A DNA stretch of 64,000 bases from Chrysomallon squamiferum (taxonomy: Eukaryota; Animalia; Mollusca): NCBI GenBank assembly GCA_012295275.1, contig CM022665.1:41416001-41480000 (forward strand). Direction: 5' to 3'. Position 1 is the stretch's first letter; the number at the start of each line of letters is the position of its first letter. A model generated the notes under the pieces. It saw only the letters and a program-made list of their open reading frames with translations. It was not told the origin of the DNA and did no database searches. Below, piece after piece: positions 1 to 12,967 of the stretch. A program made the translations under genes and the position numbers.

Positions 1-2271
1 TATAAAGTGTGTAACTGCCATCTCTGTTAATGACTTTCTGCATGTTTCATGGAAACAGCATTGATGAACAAGAATATGTCAACAGAATACCTGTAGAAGA
101 GTGTAATATGAAACTTTTTAATAACATATCTGATATGTTGGTGTGTGATAGATCCTTTTGTAAGTTTTAATTAGAAACTTATTTTGAAAAGCTAATTCAT
201 ACATACGTATGCATGTTGATAGACACATAAAAGCATCTGCAAACTTGCAAAAGCATGTACACACCCACACACCCACCACACACACAGTTATATGCTGTGA
301 CTAGCAAAAAAAAAAAAATCACACACACAATCAATCACATATGCACACATTGAACCTGGAGGTACCTTCATCTTGCATACTAACATGCAATTTGACACCA
401 ATATCATGTTAGTGTTTTGACAGCGAGGAAAGAATTAGGGACCAAAAAAAAAAAAGATTAACACTATAAAAATTATTAACATTATTTCTAGAGAAGCTCT
501 AATTTGATCAACATGACACATGCACACTCACATGGCATTTCCAATTAAGTGGCGATTTCTCTTGAGGTTACTTTTCTGTTAATTGCTTTAAAGATTTTCT
601 TGTTACTTTGATTAGTGCTTCTCAGGGTTGGACAATTTGTTTAATATTGTCAACATTTTTATGAATGTATACTCCGCTGGGATCTGACCGGTAATTAATC
701 CAAAAGATTACTTAAAAGTTGTGTATAAGTTTCTGTGTTTTTTTTTGGTGTTTTTTTGTTTTGTTAAGGATTACCTTTAACGATAAAAGTCTTTTTTTGT
801 CTTTGATGAATACATCACAAATGTATATGAACATGAAATGTGTAAACATTTATGATGCACACACTAGCTACTGTTTCATTCTTTTTCCCCTGTTTCCCTT
901 TCTCTCTATTTCTTTTTTTTTTTCTCTCTCTTTCTGTCTTTCTTTCTTTTTCTCCTTCTCTGTCCACTCCATATCTTTTTCTGTCTCCATTATTTCATTA
1001 GCAATAAGTAATCTTTTATGGCCACCTTTCCTTAAACTACAGCACATAATAAAATATTTTCTAATCAGTTATAGAGTGATGGCTGGATTGGGAAATAAAT
1101 ACCCCTAAGCAAACTGAATATTAACTCTTCAGAGATGCAGCATTTGTTAACACATACTGTCATTCCAGTGTTAATTTAACATATTATTAAGGTTTTGAGG
1201 AAATTATAAATATCACTGGTAAATATAACAAACACTTAACACAGAGCTATTACAGTGACAAGCAGTTGTATGTCCCTGATTGAAATTGGTGGTTATGAAT
1301 CAATAAGTTAAGTCATCACCAACACAGATTTTACTTGATGAGTATAACAGTTCTCTGAGTTCCGATTATGTAAAAAGGCTTGAAAATGGTGGGTGGCAGG
1401 CAAGTAATAGATTTATCTGAGATGAACAGATTAAAATAATATAGGATCACATTTAATATTTTCAGATATATATACATAGATAGATAGGTGTGTGTGAGTG
1501 TGTGTGCATTTGTACATATTTAACATATAACGTCAAAAACCAGACAATTATTAAACTAGATGTTTAACTTCTAATATAAATTAATTCTATTCAGTTTGAT
1601 TTGTTACCTTTATTTGCAACACATTGTAAATTAATAACTCACAAAACTGTATCTTATTTCTGAAATGCGTATTTACGGTACTAATAATCACTGTAGACTG
1701 TAGATGAATCACATAAAAACATTCACCTGCAGTAAATAACTTGTTCAGAGCAGTTATTACTTTTCCTTGGCTCAATATCTGGTTTCAGTGAAAAATTGTT
1801 TGTTTTGTATTTTTTTCTCCAAGACTTATTAACATGTAACAGAATAGCAAGAAGTGTAATTGAGAAAAACACAGAGAATGTGAATTTTTATCACCCTCCA
1901 GTGCTGCTTAAGATTTCCATCAACAATGATGTCGGTAAATATAGATTCTCTCTCTTTGTTTTGCTGGTAAGTTGTCTCACCTTGCTGGTTTCCACTATTT
2001 ACACAGATGCAAAAAATTATCTAAATCATACAGACCAGATTCTACAAACTGATCAACCTTGCACATGACGCTGTTTTCTTTCTTTTATAACAAGCAGAAG
2101 AACAGCAGGTCAGAATATCAGTTTCAGAGAATCTTGTCCACCAAGTGCTTCATATTGGATAAATGAAAGTTTATATTTTGTGTGGGGTTTTTTTGACCAT
2201 GGAGAAATATATATAATGTATCATTTGCTAAGAGTAGCTGTAATGAAGCAATAGTTAAGTCATAACATTAG

Positions 2272-2530
2272 CACCCTATTCAGCTGTTTCCCATTCCAGC
2301 CAAAGCCTTAAAACCTGTTTATCAAAAGGGTGATAACTGCTTTCCTGATCATGGGAAGGTGCAAATAAATTATCTCCTGCAACTAAAATGATAATGGGAC
2401 CCTACTGCAGAACAGCTGCTTCTTTCCTTTCTTTATTTTCAGCATGGACCTTAACCATACATATTCTGTCATATAACTGTACATTAAAAATGTGCTGAGT
2501 GTGTTGTTTAAAAAAATATATATATATTTC
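2272..2530 (+). mobile_element. Decayed SINE-like element, longest copy in the window
   Basis: TTTCCCATTCCAGCC...ATCAAAAGG...TCCTGATCATGGGAAGGTGCAAATAAA...GGACCTTAACCATA...CATATAACTGTA...AATGTGCTGAGTGTGTTGTTTAAA. The core is shared with other copies in this window. It resembles, from memory, an abundant gastropod tRNA-derived (MetaSINE-type) repeat. Confidence 0.7.
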
Positions 2531-5500
2531 TTTACTTTAACTTGATTCAGATATTGGTTTCTTGGACTACACTGTGGTAATGGCTGCTATCAAGAGCTAA
2601 ATGGGGGAAACAGAAGACCATTCATTATACACTCCTTTTTTTTTTTTACAACTAACACAGTCTTCTTCAGAGAATCCAGGCTGTGACATGTATCCAAGAC
2701 AAACAAGCTTCAACCTGCACTGTTGCTGAGCATGCTTTCAGAGTGATTGATGCTTTGTATAAACCCTAAATGATGAGCAGCAGTGTATTTCCTTTCTGGT
2801 ATGATCATTAGAAAATCACATGATTAATACCTAATAATCATTAATACGTGCTGTCATTATTCATTCAGACATCCATTCCTTATGGCAAAGTGATAAAGTT
2901 TAAAGAATTTAGATTCTAACATCATCTTACAGATACTGGAAATGGTCAAGATTACTACATCAAGTCTTCTTTGACAAATCACTCAATACTACTCCAGTAT
3001 TAAGTTGTCTTTGGCATACAATACATGCTGCCTTAGGGGAAAATAAACAACACAAAAAAAATATTGTCTCTAACTGTAACTGTTTTACTTTTGGAACATG
3101 CAAACTTCAAAGTTAAGGATTATTAAGATCAACGTGTGTCTTGAAGTTATTTTCACTGATTTCCTTTTGCAGTTTTTCTAAACCAATGATGCATGAGATA
3201 GTCATTCATTAGACTTGTTTAGATCATTTGTCATGAAGTGCTGTGCTGCTTGCAGAATTCTCAAGTTTGTTTGTGGAAGTCTAAACTGGTGTGAAAGTTG
3301 GTGGATTCAAGTGTTTGGAAGTGTCTGCTTTTTGCTCCAGAATGGGTTCCATCATGTCTTTGAAAATCAAAACAGTTATTGATGTTCCATGATTTCTTAT
3401 GTTAAGCAGGTCTCTTATTCTGTGTGATAGTCGCCTTAAGTACTGCATCTTTTTTTGTCAAAATGCTTTTGTAATGTCAGCTGTTTCATTCCAGTAATAT
3501 CATGGACAGCATGTCACTAGTTAAGATCAAAGTAACCATGTTAAATTCTAACATTTCAAAACATATGTAAAAAAAAATGATAATAATAATAAAAAAAATA
3601 AAAACATTTTCTGATGTGTAGAAAGACTGGAGAAGAATCTTGAAAGATATGAGGCAGTCACAAAAATAATCTTAATACATTATACATCACCAGAAATACC
3701 AGAATTGTTTAAATTCATTGAAATAGTTGTATTTTAGATTTAACTTTGACAAGTTACTTTTAAACCATGTAACATATCAATTAAGAAACAAAATTCAGTC
3801 TAGGTTTGGTGCTTTGGCGTACAAGAACCGTAACTCGCTCAGTTTCTCTCTTCTATCTGCGTGAACATGCGTATTTACATGCATCTTTCTCTTGCATTCA
3901 TGTTCTCATTCTTTTTCTTTGATTTGCTCTACCTCAATCACTTTCTCTCTCGTTCAGTCTTTATGCATTTCTTTTTTTTCTTTTTGTATAAATCCTCTGT
4001 AGACAAATATAATTGGAATGTCCAAGTTGTCAGTCTTGTGGTGAAGCTCTTTGACCTCTTTGGCCACAGTAATTTTTCCTTGATGGATAATATGGATTTT
4101 TGTGATGCAGTTAATTGAAAACTGGTGTGACAAACATGTACTGAAATATGTTCTGTGCTACCATCAGTTTATAAACATGAGATATAAAAACACTTAGCAA
4201 GGACAAAAATGAAGAAAGAAAGAAAGAGAAAAAAAAATGAAGAAAAAAAAAAAAGAAAAAAGAAAAAAAATCAGAAAAAGAACTTCTGTAGTGGTAAATC
4301 CTCATTAATTGCTATGTATAACAAATACAACTAGTGTTGAAATATCTGTTAGCAAGAAGCTTAATGTCATCAGACGTCTTACCTGTCATTTGTCACTCAG
4401 AACAAATTACAAGACATCGCAGATGAGACAGATGGACTCTGAAGTATGAAGGGGCTCAGCTGGCATCAAAAACAGTGCTTTTAAGCAAAAAGGTATAACC
4501 TCACACATTAGCGCCAGTCTGCGGCAGGAATCTCAATTAGCCACATTTTGATGAATGCTTTTCCGCTAGTGATCTTGCCTCTTTTGGCCAATTTCCGAAA
4601 TTATCCCTTCTTCCGGCTTTTCTCAGAAATGATACATCCTTGCATTGTTTCCACGTTGCCCACTACCAAAAATGTATTTCCGTGCACCCGAACTGAGTCA
4701 AGTGCTGCCTGTCCTGACTAAGTCTTAATTCTTCAGCTCTTAACACTCGCTGTTGTTCTTCATCTTAATTGGCATAAAGGTGATTTGGTTACTCACTGCA
4801 CCCGGCAGAATTGGTTTAATTGGCAGGAAAGAAAGGTAATGATAGGTAATTGTGTACTAATGCTTCATAAAAATTTAGTTTTATTTTCATGTCCTGTGCT
4901 GCTGCTAACAAATACAAAGTGCTCTTCTTTCAGCTAAGTCATTCACTCAAATCAGCCTCAACAGGACATAATAATGTTGAGGACATTAGCCTGAAAACTC
5001 TTAGCAGAACAACATATATTGTTGTATATGCGAGTTAGATTTCGTAAAATAACGATAATGAATTTACTTTGTATCTTACACATGGGTAAACTAATGTACC
5101 ATGCTGTGTTTTTTTGTATAGTGTCAGTGTGTGAAATCAAAAACATAAAATCTGTGACAGCTGTTTGGTTATAATTTGTTACAGAGAAATTTGTTGTATT
5201 TAGTGAAGAACTGATACTGATCTGTTCATATACTTTGTATGTGCCATTGTATTGTCTATCTGTCTCATTCTAAGTCCCATTGTTACTTTTCTGTCTTTAA
5301 CTCCACAGGATATGAAGTCTAATTGTGTTTTGTTGTTAGTTATTTCCTAAGTGTATACTGTATAAATTAAAATAATAATAATAATAATAGTAATAAAGAA
5401 ATGTAAATAAAAAAGATATTTAGAAGCAATATTTATTAAAACCTGCAAACGTTCACAGAGGAAAGGTTTGGAATCTTCTTTTTAGAGAAATGGTATCTTG

Positions 5501-5581
5501 AAGTTTGTTCCTGTTATGGGATCCCTCTACTATTATTTTTATTTAAAAGTAACCCGCCATTAAGATGTAAAATTTGTCCAA

Positions 5582-5583
<2 letters not shown>

Positions 5584-5639
<56 letters not shown>
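5584..5639. repeat. Poly-T tract
   Basis: Uninterrupted T run of about 56 nt. Confidence 0.95.
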
Positions 5640-7699
5640 CCTTTTTTGTTGTCTGATGAGAGTTCTTTGAATTTAGTTCACTTCCTTTTTCTTTATGAAT
5701 TGCTTTTGTAAACTGCGTCATGGTCTTTTTTTCTTCTTTTTCTTTTTTTTCATTTATTTTATCTTAATAAGAGACTGTTTTATTTCAAAACAAAAGTGTA
5801 TGACATTTACCATATCCAAATTCATAACAGTGGCATTTATTTTCAGTTGCATTTTCAGGAAATGACCATACAAACTTTTGGAAGAAAAGCAACACATACA
5901 GATGATACATAGACATACGCAATAAAAAAAAAAAAAATTAAAAATAAAGCACTACAAAGTCATAATTTTTGTAAATACTGCTTTTTTTGTTGCTTTTTTT
6001 TTTTTTTTTTTTTTGCACTCTCCTTCAATGTTAAGAACTGTCTTTGCAAAAGGTGAAAAATAAATTCATCTATTTTGAAGTCAGACGTGTTTTATCTCAA
6101 CGTTTTGTTTTCATCGAAATACATTTATTTAATTTTTTTCTTTTTCTTTTAAGGGTGTTTCTTTTTTTACATTTACAAAAGAAAAGACTTGTCTAGTAAA
6201 TAATTGGTTTGTACATAAATAGGTTGTTTTTTTTTAAGAAGAAAAGAGTAACTTAATAAAAACATTTTGTGTTGTTGTTTTTTTTGGAAAAGAAAGAAGA
6301 AAAGTTTGAGCTGTTTCAAGAATATTAACACTCGTATATAAAATATAAAAAAAAATGTAAATATTTGAACTGTTACCAAATTGTAATGACATCTTTGATA
6401 TACATTGTTTTAGTATGTTTGATAATATTTACAAGTTTATGAGAATTAGCTATGTAAATAATTTATATTTAGAAATTAAAAACACAATCACCATCATCAT
6501 CATCTATTGTAGATAAAACAGAGGACATTTCAAAGATGTTTTCATTATATTCGTGTTATGATCCTGATAGCAAAACTTTGACACTAAACTGATCAGTACT
6601 CTGTGTGTATGTTAATTATTTAGAGACCTGTCTTACAATAATTATCTATATTCAGCCAACAATTATTTCTTTGCGAACATCTGATCACATTGAAAAATGC
6701 CCCCAAAGCCTTTAGTTAAGAAAAGGTCATATAAAAGGTTCCTGTGTATCAACACTTCATCTGGATTTCTCTCTCTTGATGGAAATCAACAAAACAAGTC
6801 ATCAATCCGACACACTTCATCAGTATGGCTGCCACAAGATGACATTTTCACTTGCTAACAATTGCAAGAGAATCCTAAGATTTTTGCTTCTAATTCTTTT
6901 TGCCCCAAGGACATGTCCAGTTCCTAACAGTTACCGTCCTTTTTCACAAGACTTCCCTGCCTGGAAGCCTTCTCATTTGAAGCACATTAAAATCAATCAC
7001 TTGGCAGTTTGAGGGTTCAAATATGTCCGTGGACATCAGCGATCCGTCAGTATAATAATTACTTCATTTTTTTTTTTTTTTTTTTTTTTTTGAGTGTTAA
7101 TTATCTATCTCTTGTTGTTCTTGTTTAGAATAATAAACTTACTAAAAATATGGAAAAAATAAATAAAAATGAAAATGAATCAAATACACAGCCGTATATG
7201 TTTGTTTTTCTTTCTCTGTTATTCTGTATGAGTCATTGTCTTTCTCTTGTTTTGAGTCCCATTATAACATTCTGTGTATCTGTCTTTCTGTCTGTCTCTT
7301 TAGTTTTCTTTTTCCTTTTCTACAGATGGAAATGACAAAGAAATGGCAGATGGTACATTATATTACTGTCAGCGATTAATTTGGTGTCAGCAAAAGTAAT
7401 AGAATTTATATTTCAGTAAAGAATTATGAATATAAATAAGACAAATCTGTAACTGCCAATAAAAAAAATAAAACCAGCATCACCAGTAACCCAGAAGAAA
7501 TGGATGGAGGGGAAATAAAAAATAAATAAATAAATAATAAAATAAAAATATATATGATATTGAATGCTGTAATTTTGTCTCGTGTGTAAATAGAGTTCAG
7601 TGTAAATTAAATAAATAAATAAAAGTAAAATGTTTATTCTTCTACTAACTTGTTATTAGCAAAAGAAAAAAAATTTCCAATGGGCAGTTTGAAGAACAT

Positions 7700-7915
7700 T
7701 AACAAAATTGTTTTCATTATTTAGATGATCATTACTAGATGTCATTCATACATTTGTTTTGTTATGATGATAACAAAAGAAGAAATCTGTTATCATTATT
7801 TTTTAGTCTATTCTTATGAGTCAGCAGCAAGGAAGCTTCTGCATATACCCTTTCTAACCCCATACACAGGAGAACACATACCTCTGTCTTTTTACAAGCC
7901 AGTTTTGACTGGACA
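7700..7915 (-). mobile_element. Decayed SINE-like copy
   Basis: Reverse strand reads AACTGGCTTGTAAAAAGACAGAGGTATGTGTTCTCCTGTGTATGGGG...TATATGCAGAAGCTTCCTTGCTGCTGACTCATAAGAATAG, the same core order as the other copies. Confidence 0.65.
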
Positions 7916-8853
7916 GATTTTTCAAAATGAACATGTTTATTGATCCATCTGCATGATCCAGAGATTAGCACCATCTCATTCTGCTGATGCTTGTTGAAAT
8001 TTGTTGCACTGAAGATTATTAAAGTGTGAAATATGGATTTACTTTACTCTACAATTCCTTGACCTTTACTTGATCATCATTGTAATCATTTCGCAAATCA
8101 AATTGCCATGGCAATAGATCACTTGAATAGATCGATGAAGAAATAATAATCTAGTTTTTATATTACGGCGAGTCCAGTGTTAAGTCCTTCATATGGCATC
8201 ATGCTTTATTTTGGCATTTAAGTAATATGTGTTTGTGTGTGCATGGAGCATGTGTGGTGTGTTTGAATAAGCATGTGGATGTCTGTATCTGCTTAGTTCA
8301 GTGTATGTATGTATGTATGTGGGTATGTGTGTGTGTGTATCTGTGTGTACTTATGGGTGTGTGTGCAAAAAGGTAGAATATGTTAAAGTATGCATCAGTA
8401 TGTGTGTGTGTGTATAAGCATATATCTCTCTGACTATATTTCGGTATGTGTGTGTTTATGTGAACATAAACAACATTAAATCTTTTCATGTAATATGCTT
8501 CATGTTGACATTTAATGATGTCTCATGTGAGAAAGCTGCTCCCTTGATGCTCAGTTTATTGACAGGGATTTTCTATCATTCATTGTGTTTTTATTAGTTA
8601 TCACAAGCTTTATGTACAGTATACATGTCTGTTGTCATAAATTTGTTCTTATTATTTCCACATTAATGTGTCTGTACATATTGATATGTATCATTGATGT
8701 GTGTACATATTAATGTGTGCATACATATTGATATGTATCATAAGTGTTCAGATGTTGATATGTATCATAAGTGTTCAGATCTCTGTGTGTGTGTCTGCAA
8801 GTATATATATACATGTATGTATGTGTGTAGTAATGTGCAAGTGGTTAAATGAA

Positions 8854-8899
<46 letters not shown>

Positions 8900-10367
8900 G
8901 CAGGTTGTGTATGCATCTATATGTATTTTTAATATGTGTGTGAAAATAGTGAACAAATGGAATGTTCAATTGACTCAGTGTGGTTTTGCTTCATGGAACA
9001 CAGCTGCCTGCAAATGACAGCATGGCACAGCAGGTAACCAATTATCTTTCCAAGTTTAGTAACTAGATTGCAAGCGCTGTGGACTTGTCCACATTTTTAC
9101 CAGTCATTTCAAAGTATGTGTTACTTTGGTCATTGATTTTTATTTATTTTTTTTTTTTTTTTGTATATATATTTTCCCTTTATTTCCTGAATCACTAAAT
9201 TGGATAATGCTACACTTGAAAGTGTTTGAAAACAGTTAACATAATAGTGTGGGTTTTTTTTTCTCAAGCTTTTTGGTTTTGTTTCTGATGTTTTCTTTAT
9301 TTTTTGTATTGTTTTCCCTTTTTTGTTCCCCTCCTTCTTTCTTTCTTTGTTTTTTTTTTCTTTCTACAAATCAGTCAGTGTAAAGGATGATGTCACCATT
9401 ATACAATTATAAATATCAAATTGTGGCCTTCTCAAATTCGTTTTTTTTTTTACACTTCCTACATGCTTTATTATTAGTAAAGGCTGGTCTCTTAACGCTG
9501 TCATAACAATAACTTGGTATTATATCACAATTTTCTTGCAGTTTGTTGTACCACATATACCTTTTAATTAGTTTTCACACAAACTAATTAATCTGGATGT
9601 TACATAATTGTGCCTGCTTCTGGTTATTAATGTACTCCTATATACTAAAGTATATTAAACACCTAACTATTACATATCAACATTTCTCACACTTGTCATT
9701 TATCATGTGATAGATATACACAAAAAGAGTGAAAAAAAAAAAAAAATAAAAAAAAATAAAGGAAAATATTTAACTAATAGTTAAGAAAGAATAATTATTA
9801 TTGAGTGAGCTGTTATTTTAAATTTCAAAATTTATTATGTTTAATCATTTGTTTTTATATTAAATTTAATATTCTGTTAATTTAAAAATTTTGTTGTTAA
9901 ATGTAATATTCAGTTATATTAAATTTCAAAATTTATGTTCAGTTTGTTAATTTATTATGATCAATTTAATAATCCATATTTAATATTTTTACCTTATATT
10001 AATCATTCTTTAATTATTTTATTTTATTACCCAAAATGTTACATTAAATTTAATCACATACATTATTTTCAATTTCAAAATTCATTACATTAAATTAAAA
10101 CCATTAATTATATCAAATTTCAGAATAAAGTTAATGATTTATTATATTAAATTTCAAAATCAGTTATGTTAAATTTAAAAAGTTCAAAGCTTCTCTGCCT
10201 TAAAGGTGATTCCATCGGTACTTTAAAAATATTTAAGAGGAACAGACATGTTACAACTGGTATGAGTACCATACAGATCCTCAGTAATGAGCCAATCATA
10301 AAAATAGTTCTAATTCCTTTTTTCTTTTTTTCTTTTTGTCATACACTGTGTTGTATGTTCTAGTTTT

Positions 10368-10950
10368 AGGTGGTCAAGCCATCAGTCATGGTTTTGTAGG
10401 TACAGGAAGACAATTTGTTGGAAGAAATTCTTAAAATTTTTGTAAACTATACATTATTGGTTTTTTTGGTGGGTCTTTGTGAGTTTATTTTTGTGTGTTT
10501 TTTGGCATAAAACATCAAGTATGGTGGCCAAGCCTTAGTGCAGAATGTACAACCAGATTTAATTTGTAAATTTTTGTGTAAATGTATTCTTTGTTCTTTC
10601 TGCATGCAGCATCAATTATGGTAGTCAGGCCTGTAGGTACAAGCAGATAATTCATTATAGCAATTTGAAATTTTTTTGTAAACTATTTTTTTTTTTTTGT
10701 TATCTTTTTCATAAAGCATCAGTAATTATGGGAAAGCCATAGATACTGCTGTATGTACATGCAAATAATTCACTGTAGTGAATTTGAATAATTATGTAAA
10801 CTATTCATTACATAAAGCATCATTTATGGTGGTCAAACCATTAGTCATGGTTCTGTATGTATAAGCAGATCATTCGTTATAAGAAATCTGAAAAATATTT
10901 TAAATTGATCTTTTTTTCTTTTCTTTTTGTTGCAAAAAAAAAAACCATCA
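10368..10950. repeat. Degenerate tandem array, about 5 units of 100-150 bp
   Basis: Recurrent AAGCATCA...TATGGTGGTCAAGCC...TGTA(G/T)GTACA...AATTTG...TGTAAACTAT at about 10368, 10521, 10617, 10727 and 10825. Confidence 0.7.
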
Positions 10951-11949
10951 GTCATAATAATTTTCATTCTTGTTAATAAAGCATGCATACTATTTATGTC
11001 CTTGTCTGAGATTTCAAAAACGGTAGACATACAGAAACGGTCTGTTCTGTTTCATAATCGTATCATCAGAATGCAGTCATTGAATGGCTGTAGGACATAG
11101 TGATGATGATGATGATGATGATGATGATAATGATTATGAAACAAGGCAAAATGATGAAGAATCTAATGCCTTTTCTCATACCTGTAAAGTACTATGAAAG
11201 TTGTTGCCAGGTTGATAATAAGTCGGTTAAAGAAACCTCACTGAATTACTTCCAGCTCTATAAACAAAGCCATCAGCATTAATTACTGCAGATGTAGTCA
11301 CATTAAATCTTTCATTTGTTCTGTTTACTCAAGAATATCCACTTTTATCTCATTTTTTTTTGTGTGTTTCTTCAACATGTACATATATATGCTGTGGTCA
11401 TTACTGGTCAGCTGTTGCCGATTCTCATCAACATTTCACTGTGTGAAAATAATACATAAATTTCTCCTTTACGCTGATGAATAAAAACCATTTAATTCCA
11501 CTTGGTTTTAATTATTATGAAAACAGTGTATGTTTGCATGTGTGTATTTCCATTGCAGTGCCAAAATGAACTGATGAAAAGAATATTTTGAATGTGTGTA
11601 TTTATCACTTTTTTTATGTGTGCATACATACATACATACATGCATACATACATTTACTATTTTTTTAAATTTTCTGTAAACTGTCAAATTCAACTGCATG
11701 TTCAGAATCCCTTTCTTGAATTCCAAAATGTTTCAGTGAACAGCCAAAATAGTGATAAATTATAGTTTTCCAACTGTTCACAGGCATACTCTATTTTATG
11801 CATAAAATTATTAAACAATATTTTATAAAAATACCTACAGACTATCTGTATACATTGTTTGTGAAATATCAATGGAATTTGTATTTAGACTTAAATCATA
11901 GTCTCCTTGTATTCTTAATCTGCTTATAACTGAGCAACCACTACCTCAT

Positions 11950-12380
11950 TATATCCCAGCCTGCTGTCTCCTTAAATCCCCAAATCTACTGTCTCCTTAA
12001 ATCCCAACATCCACTGCCTCTTTTTATCCCAATAACTACTCTCTTAATATCCCAATATCCACTATCTTCTTAAATCCCAACATCTACTATTTCCGTGTAT
12101 CCCAACATCCACTATTTCCTCATATCTCAACATCCACTATCTCTTAATATTTCACTATCCACTATCTCCTTATATCCCAACATCCACTGTATTCTTGTAT
12201 CCCAATATCCACTATCTCCTTATATCCCAATATCCATTGTCTCCTTATATCCCAACATCCACTATTTCCTCATATCTCAACATCCACTATCTCTTTATAT
12301 TTCAGTATCAACTATCTCCTTATATCCCAACATCCACTGTATTCTTATATACCAATATCCACTATTTTCCTTATATCCCA
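11950..12380. repeat. 25-bp minisatellite (about 17 units) with a 150-bp higher-order duplication
   Basis: Unit approximately TATCCCAACATCCACTATCTCCTTA. The variant order starting at 12098 is repeated from 12248. Confidence 0.9.
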
Positions 12381-12928
12381 GAATCTCAAACATGTCCAGT
12401 CTCAAGGATTTTGAATAAAGGGATGTGTTCTTAATAACACCATTATAATAGTATTTAATTATCATGAAAACGGTGCTGCTAAACATCTCACTGTTATACT
12501 GCTGTAATTATCTTTTAATTAATGTCATCAAAATTTATTTTAACAAATACACTGGTGATATTTCAATCAGTGCTTCGCTTAAGCGAAAACAAAAGACAGA
12601 TTTTCCTATCAGCTGGCAGATATAACATCTGCTGTGTTTACAATGGTTTGCTGTTAAATAGTTAGATTAGTGCAAAAGTATAAACAGTGTACAGAACACA
12701 GTCTTTATTTATTTGGGATATATATATATATATATATTTTTAGTTTGTACATGTCATTTATTTACTATAAAAAAATCGGTCGTTTATTTTGTATATATAT
12801 TTAGTTATGTTTTTATTTACGTTTTATTATATGCATGCTATTTAGTTATGTTTTTGTATATACATGCTGTTTATTTGTTTACCTTTTAATATATACATGC
12901 TATTTATTTTTCAGTACAAACAAGTAAT

Positions 12929-12967
<39 letters not shown>

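Noticed and set aside
12574-12587. Perfect 14-bp palindrome TTCGCTTAAGCGAA, and a 10-bp-arm inverted repeat at 13245-13273
   Set aside because: Short inverted repeats of this length are expected by chance in 64 kb. No target-site duplication or second copy was seen.
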